DNA of 64,000 nucleotides from Fibrobacteria bacterium (GTDB lineage: Bacteria > Fibrobacterota > Chitinivibrionia > Chitinivibrionales > FEN-1185). Below the pieces are notes generated by a model. That model was not told the DNA's origin. It saw only the letters and a list, made by a program, of their open reading frames with translations, and ran no database searches. The stretch lies in contig JBBIGR010000001.1 of assembly GCA_037447435.1 (NCBI GenBank), positions 64,001-128,000 on the forward strand, read 5' to 3'. The position numbers and the translations under genes are program-made. Every line of letters begins with the position of its first letter. Position 1 is the stretch's first letter. Below, piece by piece: positions 9,866 to 19,277 of the stretch.

Positions 9866-10690
9866 TTATAAAGCTTGCAATGTCTTTTCGATGAGCGTTA
9901 CCAATTTCGGTTCCGCGGCGGTCGCTATGGCGATGATCTTTTTGATGTCTGCGGGCTCGAGGCAATCGGGCAAACAGGCATCGGTGATGACCGAAAGTCC
10001 CAGTATCTTCATGTTACACGATACTCCTGCAATGACTTCGGGGACCGTGCTCATGCCTATGGCATCCGCGCCGATGGTTTTAAGCATTCGGTATTCGGCC
10101 TTGGTTTCTAGACACGGGCCGCTCATGGCTGCATACACGCCGTTTGCAAGGGGAATTTTATTTTCAATGGCGATTTTACGGATAAGATCGAGCAATTTCT
10201 TTGAGTACGGCTCGCTCATGTCGGGGAAGCGGGGACCGATGCGGTCATCGTTCGGCCCGATAAGCGGGTTCGTTCCCAGTAAATTGATATGATCGGTGAT
10301 TGCCATAATGGTTCCGGGCGGGTATAAGGGATTGATGCCGCCTGCTGCGTTCGAAACAATAAGCGTATGGATTTGCATGAATTTCATGACGCGTACAGGG
10401 AATACGATTTGGTTCATGGTATAGCCTTCGTAAAAATGAAAGCGTCCCTGCATGGCCATGACGTTTTTATTTCCCAAGGTGCCGATGATAAGCTTTCCCG
10501 CGTGGGTTTCGATTGTTGACACAGGAAAATGGGGGATTTCTTCGTACGGTATGACGGTTTCCACCTTTATGGAATCCACGAGTTTACCGAGGCCGGTACC
10601 TAAAATGATGCCGAATTCGGGCCTTGCTTTTGTTTTGCTTTCGATAAAGGCCTTTGCCTCTTGGATCATATCATAAGTTGCCGCCATCAC
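9866..10690 (-). CDS. punA: Purine nucleoside phosphorylase (trimeric family)
   Basis: IILGTGLG, QGRFHFYEGY, SNAAGG, GPCLETKAE, IGMSTVPE. Confidence 0.93.
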   Translation of the reverse strand: MMAATYDMIQEAKAFIESKTKARPEFGIILGTGLGKLVDSIKVETVIPYEEIPHFPVSTIETHAGKLIIGTLGNKNVMAMQGRFHFYEGYTMNQIVFPVRVMKFMQIHTLIVSNAAGGINPLYPPGTIMAITDHINLLGTNPLIGPNDDRIGPRFPDMSEPYSKKLLDLIRKIAIENKIPLANGVYAAMSGPCLETKAEYRMLKTIGADAIGMSTVPEVIAGVSCNMKILGLSVITDACLPDCLEPADIKKIIAIATAAEPKLVTLIEKTLQAL

Positions 10691-10800
10691 TCGCCCCTTT
10701 TGTTTGAATAGGTCAAAACTATACTTCTTTATATATAGACTCTTTAAAATAATCCATGGAGCGATAATTTTTATCGTTTTGGTTTTTTAAGCGGTTTTGC

Positions 10801-10827
10801 AAACTGTTTTCTATAAGAAAACGGTTT
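10801..10827. promoter_or_regulatory. 12-bp inverted repeat in divergent promoter region
   Basis: AAACTGTTTTCT-ATA-AGAAAACGGTTT, one mismatch. Confidence 0.4.
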
Positions 10828-10967
10828 TGCTACCAACTCTTTTTTTTGATTCGAAGCTGAAGTATTATTAATGAAGAACAATAAATTAAAAAGTCCAGAT
10901 TCTTTAATGCAAGTAACTGGCAAACTACAACTTGAAGAACAAACTGCACACCCACCGGAGATTCTCT

Positions 10968-12788
10968 ATGACTGGAACAAGATTATCAACAAAAATTGCA
11001 GCAATATTTTTAATAATAGATGTAGTAACAACGGTTAGTTCGGCACAAACATTTTGGAAAAGGACATATGGGCAATCTCTTTATTCAAGCACTCTTTTTT
11101 CAACAATAACTTCAACCGTAGATGGAAATTTTTTAATCGCCGAATCAAAATCTAGTAATTCTAAAGATTATCTTTATATTTTAAAAATTAAGCCAAATGG
11201 AGATACGCTTTGGACAAAAACGTACTTTGGCTTAGATATCGAAATAGCCAACGTTATAGCTCCTTGCTTAGACGGAACCTTCCTAATTGTCGGAGAAACA
11301 TCTTCTATTGTCAATGGGGTAGTGGTTAATTATTTTTTAAAAATAAAGCCAAACGGAGATACGCTTTGGACAAAAATATTTGCGAACCCTGACTTTCATA
11401 TGAATGCAATTAAGCAGACCGCAGATGGAAATTTTATAATTGTTGGATCCACCTATTTGGATCAAAGTGGAAGGAACTTAAATCTTTACAAAATTACTCC
11501 AGATGGAAATACTCTTTGGACAAAGACGTATGGCGATTCGGGCAAAGTTCTAAATCCGATCTTGCAAACACCTGATGGTAATTTCATCTTAACAGGAACT
11601 ACTCCTAGTAATTCCGGCTTTAATACTATTTATCTTTTGAAAATTAATGCGAATGGAGATTCTCTTTGGCGTAAAACATTTGGCGATTCGGGTAGCGATT
11701 TTTTAACCAATACAATAATACCTACTTCTGATGGTAATTTCCTCATAGCAGGATCTACAACACCAAGAGACTACATTGATAACAAGGTATTTCTTTTAAA
11801 AATTAATCAAAAAGGCGATTCAATTTGGAGCAAAACATATAGCCGAAGTCCTCTTTCTACGGCCGAGTCGATAACATCAACTTCTGATGGTAATTATATT
11901 GTGACAGGTTCTGATGGGTGTTTCCCATGTCAATCCGGATCTAGAGAAATTTTTATACTAAAAATTAAGCCAAACGGCGATACTCTATGGACAGGAACTT
12001 ATAATGGCGCGGGGTCGGCTACCCCTTACCAATCCATACTAACTTCTGATGGCAATTTCATCCTATTGGGACGTACCTCTTCATATACCGGAACACAATA
12101 CGATTATCTATTAAAAATTTCTAAAAATGGGGATTATCTCTGGAGTTATATGGATAGCTTAACTAATACAGGGTTTGATGGCATTTCGTTTTTATCGCCA
12201 ACCTCTGATGGGAATTTTATTGGTTTAGGATCAAAGCTGGTTTGTATTATTGATGATAGATACGCCTACAAAAACTCCCTTTTCAATTTTAAAATTCCAA
12301 CCTATAACGACTCATTAAATTTTGGCTACGCCCCACTTAAAATTCCCTCCGGTATGACCGTTTCTCCTGGCGGTACCGTTTCCTGGACGCCGCAAACCGA
12401 TTCTTCATATATGACTCATGTTGAATACGTTGTCGCAGACGACAAAGGACAAAAGGGTACCTTGACATTTAATATTTTTGTCAACAGCAAAGAAATTCCA
12501 AACAAATTAATCAATCCGACAAGTTTTTCGAAAAATTCAAATAACCCTTTGAGCATTGGAATTTCTTCCGCAACAGCTTTTGTATCTTTTTCCACACCTC
12601 CAAATACTAACATCCTCGGCATTTACGATATTCGCGGCAGCCTTGTCGCAAAACTATCGACGACCAACAATTCCGTCTTATGGCATGGTACAAATTCCTC
12701 TGGTAGTCCCGTTTCTGCAGGAAGATATTTCGTAAAAGCTTTGGATGGAAATGTTAAAGAAGCAAAGCCGTTTGTGTTTGTGAGATAG
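10968..12788 (+). CDS. Secreted repeat beta-propeller protein with Ig-like domain and T9SS/FlgD-type C-terminal domain
   Basis: Signal peptide (start ATG 10968 after GGAG); 8 TxDGNF...LKIxxNGDTLWTKTY repeats; PSGMTVSPGGTVSWTP; IYDIRGSLV...WHGTNSSGSPVSAGRYFV. Confidence 0.8.
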   Translation: MTGTRLSTKIAAIFLIIDVVTTVSSAQTFWKRTYGQSLYSSTLFSTITSTVDGNFLIAESKSSNSKDYLYILKIKPNGDTLWTKTYFGLDIEIANVIAPCLDGTFLIVGETSSIVNGVVVNYFLKIKPNGDTLWTKIFANPDFHMNAIKQTADGNFIIVGSTYLDQSGRNLNLYKITPDGNTLWTKTYGDSGKVLNPILQTPDGNFILTGTTPSNSGFNTIYLLKINANGDSLWRKTFGDSGSDFLTNTIIPTSDGNFLIAGSTTPRDYIDNKVFLLKINQKGDSIWSKTYSRSPLSTAESITSTSDGNYIVTGSDGCFPCQSGSREIFILKIKPNGDTLWTGTYNGAGSATPYQSILTSDGNFILLGRTSSYTGTQYDYLLKISKNGDYLWSYMDSLTNTGFDGISFLSPTSDGNFIGLGSKLVCIIDDRYAYKNSLFNFKIPTYNDSLNFGYAPLKIPSGMTVSPGGTVSWTPQTDSSYMTHVEYVVADDKGQKGTLTFNIFVNSKEIPNKLINPTSFSKNSNNPLSIGISSATAFVSFSTPPNTNILGIYDIRGSLVAKLSTTNNSVLWHGTNSSGSPVSAGRYFVKALDGNVKEAKPFVFVR

Positions 12789-12836
12789 AACTGGAGACAT
12801 TACGTTGAACGTCTCACTTGTTTTTTTAGAATATTT

Positions 12837-13103
12837 TCATTTTAAGTCGGCTTCAACTTCGCTTTTTGTCATGCCAAAGATTTCAACCACTTTGCTTTTA
12901 GAAGTTTCGCCGCGTTTGATGGAAATGCGGGATTTTGGGATGTCGAGGGTGTTGGACAAAAATTCTATGAGGGCCGCATTTGCTCGGCCGTCTATCGGCG
13001 GGGCATTGACCCGGACATGGACAATGCCGTCCGCTTCGACGCTTATGGAACATTGTTTCGCGTTCGGCTTGAGCCGGACTTCGATGGTGCAAGACTGTTG
13101 CAC
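12837..13103 (-). CDS. yggU: DUF167/YggU family protein
   Basis: VRVNAPPIDGRANAALIEFLS, GETSKSK; abuts divIVA. Confidence 0.88.
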   Translation of the reverse strand: MQQSCTIEVRLKPNAKQCSISVEADGIVHVRVNAPPIDGRANAALIEFLSNTLDIPKSRISIKRGETSKSKVVEIFGMTKSEVEADLK

Positions 13104-13664
13104 TTACAAATCGAGATTCGAGGAAATATGGGGATGCGAAGGAATCTCGTCCATAGTCTCTTCTTCGTCAATTGACTCGATAGAATGCTTCATTTCGTTG
13201 CGCGAGCCTGTTTTCAGGTCGTCGCCGATGACGGCCAAAAGTTCGAGCTGCGTCTTGAGCATCGAACGGAAACGGGCCAAAAAACTGTCGCGCTGGTTTT
13301 TTAGCGACACAAGCTCGCTTTCGAGCCCGTGAACCCGCTTGCGGGTTTCGTCTTCATAACGGCCGGCGCGGATTTGCGCGTCTTTTATTATCAGATCCGC
13401 TTCCTTTTGCGCATGCATGCGAGCCTCGTCGGTTGCTTTTTGCGCAGTAAGCAGCGTGTCGTGCAAGGTTTTTTCTATGGTAACATACGAATCGAGCCGT
13501 TCTTCAAGATGCTTGATTCGTATGGCGTAGTCGTCGTTCTGACGGATAAGCGTTTCATATTCTGTCGCGACCTGGTCCAAAAAAGAGTGGATCTGGTCCG
13601 GATCCAGACCGCGAAGCGTTTTCCGAAACGGCATTTTTCGTATATCAAGAGGCGTGAGACGCAT
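13104..13664 (-). CDS. divIVA: DivIVA domain protein
   Basis: MRLTPLDIRKMPFRKTLRGLDPDQIHSFLDQV followed by coiled coil. Confidence 0.92.
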   Translation of the reverse strand: MRLTPLDIRKMPFRKTLRGLDPDQIHSFLDQVATEYETLIRQNDDYAIRIKHLEERLDSYVTIEKTLHDTLLTAQKATDEARMHAQKEADLIIKDAQIRAGRYEDETRKRVHGLESELVSLKNQRDSFLARFRSMLKTQLELLAVIGDDLKTGSRNEMKHSIESIDEEETMDEIPSHPHISSNLDL

Positions 13665-13700
13665 TTGTACTCCCTTTTTTATTCTTAGTCGCTATTATTT

Positions 13701-14054
13701 TTATTTTGTATTCCCATTGGAATATTTCGGTTTTTGTTCTGCACATTGCAAAGCTGAATATTCTGTTGATTGTGTCAACTTTACAAAATCCTCAACATAT
13801 TCCGGCCAATCATGAAGGATTTCAGGGTCAAAATCAGCGCCATTAGGCCAAACAACCGTATGAATTTCCTTATCGATAACGGCTCTATTAAAAAGGATTT
13901 CATCCTTAAGTGGTCCGTAAATCGGCCCTTGCAAAATCGGAAAAAAATCAATAGTACGGACCAGTCCATCATCAAAAGACAATTTCAACGAATACGGACC
14001 GACAAACTCTATTGAAATGATTTTATAGATTTTATGGTCCATTTTTTTGCTCAC
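13701..14054 (-). CDS. DUF2442 domain protein
   Basis: YSLKLSFDDG...IYGPLKDE...TVVWPNGADFDPEILH. Confidence 0.85.
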   Translation of the reverse strand: MSKKMDHKIYKIISIEFVGPYSLKLSFDDGLVRTIDFFPILQGPIYGPLKDEILFNRAVIDKEIHTVVWPNGADFDPEILHDWPEYVEDFVKLTQSTEYSALQCAEQKPKYSNGNTK

Positions 14055-14320
14055 ATTAAAGGTTGGATAGGGTCCGGCAATCGTCCGGATTGCAACTTAT
14101 CCCAATCCATTTTTAAGTCATCTGAATGGAGCTCCGCCCACGCCTCGACAAATCTTGATTGGCGTTTTGGCAAACTCCCACCTATCAATTCAACCGGATC
14201 AAACGCGTATATCGCAATGTCTTCCTGGTAATATGCATGAAAATGCGGTAAATGATGCTTTACAGAGGGTTCCGCAAACATTCGAATTATAATACCGAAA
14301 AATCTTGCAATTTCCGGCAA
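14051..14320 (-). CDS. DUF4160 domain protein
   Basis: (M)PEIARFFGIIIRMF...HHLPHFHAYY...VEAWAELH...IQPL; start moved to TTG 14320 after AGGGG; GTGA overlap with DUF2442 gene. Confidence 0.87.
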   Translation of the reverse strand: MPEIARFFGIIIRMFAEPSVKHHLPHFHAYYQEDIAIYAFDPVELIGGSLPKRQSRFVEAWAELHSDDLKMDWDKLQSGRLPDPIQPLM

Positions 14321-14410
14321 AATTGCCCCTTTTAACAAAGCCACTCAATTTATTCAAAATACAATGCTTTTTTGTTCTTAGCAACCATTCATCTTAGACT
14401 CAATTAATTG

Positions 14411-15124
14411 CTACACTGCTGGATATTCTCTTTGCCCTAAAAGCAAAGTACCCACCCGAATTATTGTAGACCCTTCGGCTATTGCCCATTCGAAATCCGA
14501 ACTCATTCCCATGGAAAGTTCGATGCGGGGGGCCAAATCTTTGCATTGCTCGGAAAGCTTCCGAAGGCCTGCAAAGGCATTTCGTGTCACGGATTCCGTT
14601 GCGTTCAAAGGCCCTATGGTCATGAGTCCGCAAAATTCCAATGCTTTACTTTGAGCGATTCTGCGGGCGATTTCAACGCAATCCTGCGCCGCACACCCGG
14701 ATTTTGTTTCTTCGTCGGACGTTTTTACCTGAACGAGCACTTTTATTTTTGAGTGCGGATCTTTTGCCGCGTTTTCGATTTTTTCCACAAGCCGAACACT
14801 GTCTATCGATTGAATCCACGACACAAGCGGAACGACTTTGTTGACTTTATTGCTTTGCAAATGACCAATAAGGTGCATCGTGAAAACGCCCTTTAAATGC
14901 GGCACTTTTGCTTCTATTTCCTGTACCCTGTTTTCGGCAATGTCCGTAATACCGGCGTCTATGACCGCCTGAGCGGTTTCGACGGGATGCGTTTTGGTCA
15001 CGACAATGGTCCGTACATCCATAGGATCACGGCCGCAAGCCCGGCACGTTGCCGAGACTTTCTCCTGTAAAGCATCGTATCTGTTTCGGATCGTCGTACT
15101 ATCCATTCGTATTCCATTGGACAA
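14411..15124 (-). CDS. yggS: Pyridoxal phosphate homeostasis protein (YggS/PLPBP)
   Basis: VVTKT, ENRVQE, HLIGHLQSNKV, GLMTIG, LSMGMSSDF, IRVGT; exact start uncertain. Confidence 0.93.
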   Translation of the reverse strand: MSNGIRMDSTTIRNRYDALQEKVSATCRACGRDPMDVRTIVVTKTHPVETAQAVIDAGITDIAENRVQEIEAKVPHLKGVFTMHLIGHLQSNKVNKVVPLVSWIQSIDSVRLVEKIENAAKDPHSKIKVLVQVKTSDEETKSGCAAQDCVEIARRIAQSKALEFCGLMTIGPLNATESVTRNAFAGLRKLSEQCKDLAPRIELSMGMSSDFEWAIAEGSTIIRVGTLLLGQREYPAV

Positions 15125-15306
15125 GGATTAAAAACAGGTGCTGAGCAACTGAGTAGTAGGTTGTTTTAAATATAATATGAATTCGCATTCAAAATGGCCC
15201 ATCAACCCTCCGGGCCGTTACGCACGGCCATTCCCTGTTGCGATAAGTATTTTACTGAGGTAATTACAAATTGTTCATATTTCTCCAGAATTGACACAAG
15301 GCTACC

Positions 15307-17229
15307 ATGTGCGGTATTTGCGGATTTATTGACCCATCGCTTCGGCTTTCCGGGGAATCGATGCAAACCATTACGAAGTCCATGTGCGACAGCATAAGCC
15401 ATAGAGGGCCGAATGCTCAGGGACAATTTTTTGAGCAATCCTACGGTATTGCAATGGGCCACCGGCGGCTTTCGATTATAGATACGAGCAATGCCGGCAG
15501 CCAGCCTATGGATTCCTTTTCCGGCCGGTATACGATTGTGTTTAATGGCGAAATCTACAATTTTCTTGAAATCAGATCGACACTTGAAAAAGAAGGAAAA
15601 CAAATCCCGTGGAAAGGTCATAGCGATACAGAAGTATTACTCGCTTCGATTGAAACGTGGGGAATAGAGCGGTCATTGTCATTGTTCAACGGCATGTTCG
15701 CGTTCGCGCTTTGGGACAAACAGGAAAAAACGCTGTCTCTTGGCCGTGACCGTTGCGGTAAAAAGCCCCTGTATTACGGATGGAATAACGGCATTTTTTT
15801 ATTCGGTTCGGAGCTCAAAGCGATACTCGCTTTTCCCGGGTTTAAAAAAAACATAAATTCCGAGGCATTGAAATTTTATTTGAACCACTCCTATGTCCCG
15901 TCTCCCAGCAGCATTTTCGAGGGCATATCGAAATTGCCCCAGGCATCCTATTGTTCCTTGACTTTTGACGAAGCGAAACGCGGCGCCACACCGGCGGTCA
16001 AAACCTACTGGGACATTCCCGGTATTTTTACCCGCTGCAAAAGCAATATATTTAAAGGGTCCGAATCCGAGGCAGTCGACATACTTTACAATTTGCTGTC
16101 CGATGCGGTACGGCTTCGAATGATTTCCGATGTTCCTATCGGCGCGTTTCTTTCCGGCGGCATAGACTCGGCCCTCGTTGTGTCGCTTATGCAACGGATT
16201 TCTTCAACCCCCATCAAGACATTTACCATTGGGTTTCCCGGCGAAAGGTTCGACGAATCGGCACAGGCGCGCGCCATTGCCGATTATCTAAAAACCGACC
16301 ATAGCGAAATCCCGCTGAGCGCAGCGGACGCATTGAATGTCGTCGGGCAGCTTGCAGACATTTACGACGAGCCGTTTGCCGATGATTCTCAAATTCCAAC
16401 CTGGCTTGTTTGTAAAAACAGCAGAGAAAAAGCGACGGTTGCGCTTTCCGGCGACGGCGGCGACGAATTATTTGCCGGATACGAAAGTTACCGGCGCGTC
16501 ATGAAAAACTGGCCTTTTTTCGCCGGCATTCCCGCACCTTTACGCGGTTTCATTGCCACAATGATGCGGCAGTTTTCGCAGCTTCGCCGCCAAAGCGGCA
16601 CAGCGGCGATTAGAACAACACGCAATATCGCACGGATGAAAACCGCCGACTTTTCCGATTATTACAAATGGTATATGTCTTATAATAAATCCAATGTCCC
16701 CTTATTGGCGTCCGCGCAACACGAAGCCGTTTCCGGGTTTGACCGGCCTGTTTCGGGCGATTTGCTCGGCACCATGCAATATATCGATTTTAAATCCTTT
16801 CTCACCGACGATGTTCTTGCTAAAGTAGACCGTGCGTCCATGAACGTTTCGCTTGAGGTCCGCTGCCCGATTCTCGACTACAGAATCATGGAATTCGCCT
16901 GGTCTTTACCTGGGCATTTATTGACCACAAAGACGACGGGTAAACTTCTCTTGCGTAGATGCGTCTCACGGATGATCCCGCAAGCACTCATCGACAGACC
17001 GAAATCAAGTTTCGGCATCCCCTTGTCTTCCTGGCTTAGAACCGATTTGCATTCGTGGGCCGCGGATTTGTTGCAATCCCAAGCAATGCGGGATGGCCTT
17101 TTTAACCACGAAGCCGTGATGACTCTGTGGAAACAACATACCGATCAAACCTGGGACCATGGCCGCCTGCTTTGGAACATTTTATTATTTTTGCAATGGC
17201 ATACCCGATATTATCAAGGAAATCCCTGA
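15307..17229 (+). CDS. asnB: AsnB-family glutamine-dependent amidotransferase, probably glycan amidation
   Basis: MCGICG Ntn start, HRRLSIID, FNGEIYN, LSGGIDS, SGDGGDELFAGY; coupled to a GT gene. Confidence 0.9.
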   Translation: MCGICGFIDPSLRLSGESMQTITKSMCDSISHRGPNAQGQFFEQSYGIAMGHRRLSIIDTSNAGSQPMDSFSGRYTIVFNGEIYNFLEIRSTLEKEGKQIPWKGHSDTEVLLASIETWGIERSLSLFNGMFAFALWDKQEKTLSLGRDRCGKKPLYYGWNNGIFLFGSELKAILAFPGFKKNINSEALKFYLNHSYVPSPSSIFEGISKLPQASYCSLTFDEAKRGATPAVKTYWDIPGIFTRCKSNIFKGSESEAVDILYNLLSDAVRLRMISDVPIGAFLSGGIDSALVVSLMQRISSTPIKTFTIGFPGERFDESAQARAIADYLKTDHSEIPLSAADALNVVGQLADIYDEPFADDSQIPTWLVCKNSREKATVALSGDGGDELFAGYESYRRVMKNWPFFAGIPAPLRGFIATMMRQFSQLRRQSGTAAIRTTRNIARMKTADFSDYYKWYMSYNKSNVPLLASAQHEAVSGFDRPVSGDLLGTMQYIDFKSFLTDDVLAKVDRASMNVSLEVRCPILDYRIMEFAWSLPGHLLTTKTTGKLLLRRCVSRMIPQALIDRPKSSFGIPLSSWLRTDLHSWAADLLQSQAMRDGLFNHEAVMTLWKQHTDQTWDHGRLLWNILLFLQWHTRYYQGNP

Positions 17230-18065
17230 TGTCCGCTTTCGACAAATTACGCCGTTCTTTTCAAAAGCGAAAGAACCTGAAACAAAGCAAAAACGTTCTT
17301 TGCCTTACTCCGCATCCGGTTTCCTATTATGCAGACCTGCTGGCCGCAGACACCCCATTTTCCTTTGCTCGCTACGGCGACGGAGAATGGTCTGCGATTT
17401 TTGGCCGAAGCGGCGCAAATTGCGACGGTCATCCTTATACCTCGGATTTGGGTAAACGGCTGGCACTGGCTTTAAAGGACCAATATCCGTATTTTTATGC
17501 CTTGCAATACTACGGACTTAAATTAGACGGCCCGCGCATCGTGGACTTTTGCGTTCAGAACTCCATCACAGTGCCTTTTCATAACGCGGATGTTTTTGCA
17601 TTTGCAAATGTTTTGGGAGAATTACACCCTTTTATCAAAGCCTTGCGCGAAAAGCAGGTGGTTGTCATTGGCCCGGGATATATGCGCGACCTTAAATCCG
17701 TTTTTCCTATTGCCGAATTTTTCGAGGTCCCGCAAACCAATTGCTTCAGCGCTGCGGATGAAATTTCGAAAAGCATTCTTTCGTGGGGAAAAAGCAAAAC
17801 CAAAATCGTCTATTCGTTTTCCGCCTCAATGGCCGCAAACGTCATGATTCATGACCTGTACAAGGATTTGGGCAAAGAAAACTGGCTGCTTGATTTAGGA
17901 TCGTTATGGGATTTGTATGTGGGAAAAAAAACAAGGGGTTGGTTTCAGACGCTCGATTTGGCTCCTGCCATCGCCAGAAATACCGGCGTTGCACGTGACG
18001 GCATTTGGAAAAAGTTCCGCGACTCGACAACGCTTTTTTTAAACCGATTTCACGTCAAGACGTAA
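17229..18065 (+). CDS. GT-D fold (DUF1792-like) glycosyltransferase
   Basis: FSFARYGDGE motif and LLDLGS; start moved to ATG 17229 (TGATG overlap with asnB). Confidence 0.65.
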   Translation: MSAFDKLRRSFQKRKNLKQSKNVLCLTPHPVSYYADLLAADTPFSFARYGDGEWSAIFGRSGANCDGHPYTSDLGKRLALALKDQYPYFYALQYYGLKLDGPRIVDFCVQNSITVPFHNADVFAFANVLGELHPFIKALREKQVVVIGPGYMRDLKSVFPIAEFFEVPQTNCFSAADEISKSILSWGKSKTKIVYSFSASMAANVMIHDLYKDLGKENWLLDLGSLWDLYVGKKTRGWFQTLDLAPAIARNTGVARDGIWKKFRDSTTLFLNRFHVKT

Positions 18066-19031
18066 TTGTTCGGAAGTAAATTTCAAAATTCTTTCGCAAA
18101 GCCGGTCCCAGTCGTATCGGAGAATTGATTCTCTTGCGTTATTGCCCAAAGTTTTCCGCAATGTTTTATCTTGAACAAGACGCCGTATCGCGCGCTCTAT
18201 CGACCAGGAATTTCTCCAGACAATAAGACCGGTTTTGTTGTGCATTAAAAAATCTTTGCTCCCGGAATTCGTTGCAACGACCGGAAGTCCGCACGCCATT
18301 GCTTCGGCACAGGTGTTTGCCCACCCTGCATTTTTTTCCGCCGAAGCGAAAACATCCGCATTTTGAAAAAGTTCATTGGTCCGTTCGACAGGGTGATTCA
18401 AAATGAATTCAAACGGAAGCTTTGCGGAAAAAGACTTGGCAAGGGCCATATCTTTTTCGTTTAAAGGCGTATCAAAAAGAACCAGATGAATTTTAAAGCC
18501 CTTTTTATAAAGTCGTTCGCAGGCTTTTACGATGAAGCGGGTCCCTTTCCGCTTCATCGATAAACGCCCATAGGTTAAAACAGAAACATCATCCGAGTCT
18601 TTGCGTTGGACCGGTGAAAACCTGGTCGTGTCCACACCGCCTGCGGCGAGAAACGGATCGATGCCGTAGGTCTTTTTATCGTATTCGTAAAGATTGCGGG
18701 AATTTACAAAAACAGAAATATCCCGATGTTTTAAAATCGGCCGCAGGTCTTCGTTTTTCAGTACATGATAAAAAACCCGCATTTTCGTATTATACGAAAT
18801 CAATTCCCGGACAAAATGATTTTCGGTGCAAAAGACCACATCGAAATTCATATCGCCGGCACTTGTAACGGTACAGGTATCTCCGTTAAAAGGGAACCAC
18901 AGCGGCTTTTGACCCTGCGGAGTAATAAGGGTGAACGAATGTCCCTTTTGGATAAACCTGTTCCCCAGTTCAAGGAAGCGCTTGACGCCTCCCCATAAAT
19001 CGTGGGTGGGCAATAGAACTGCAAATTTCAT
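18039..19031 (-). CDS. Glycosyltransferase family 4
   Basis: GGVKR, KRKG, GWANTCAEAMACGLPVVAT, YDW. Confidence 0.88.
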   Translation of the reverse strand: MKFAVLLPTHDLWGGVKRFLELGNRFIQKGHSFTLITPQGQKPLWFPFNGDTCTVTSAGDMNFDVVFCTENHFVRELISYNTKMRVFYHVLKNEDLRPILKHRDISVFVNSRNLYEYDKKTYGIDPFLAAGGVDTTRFSPVQRKDSDDVSVLTYGRLSMKRKGTRFIVKACERLYKKGFKIHLVLFDTPLNEKDMALAKSFSAKLPFEFILNHPVERTNELFQNADVFASAEKNAGWANTCAEAMACGLPVVATNSGSKDFLMHNKTGLIVWRNSWSIERAIRRLVQDKTLRKTLGNNARESILRYDWDRLCERILKFTSEQLRLDVKSV

Positions 19032-19176
19032 TGTAGCACCTTAACAAATAGCATAAAACAAATCGCCTGTCCTTTAAATATACTTGTGATCACACGATTT
19101 AATACCTGCAGGAATTAATTTCATTTTATCTTTCATATATATTTAGTAATTATATATAATTTATCACACTAAAACT

Positions 19177-19228
19177 ATCCGATTGCGACTTGTCCTCCGA
19201 AGCAATGGCGAAGGGGGAAGCAACGGAT
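19177..19228. repeat. REP-like imperfect hairpin in divergent intergenic region
   Basis: ATCCG(A)TTGC...TCCTCCGAAGCAATGGCGAAGGGGGA...GCAACGGAT nested arms. Confidence 0.45.
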
Positions 19229-19277
19229 TAAAGTCGAATATCCCAAAGATAACAACCTTATTTCCAAGATAGCGATT

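Noticed and set aside
11181..12000. Repeats with variable spacers resembling a CRISPR array
   Set aside because: Repeats are in-frame, degenerate at codon third positions, about 150 nt apart; no cas genes.
15202..15621. 139-aa minus-strand ORF over the asnB start
   Set aside because: Shadow ORF of asnB.
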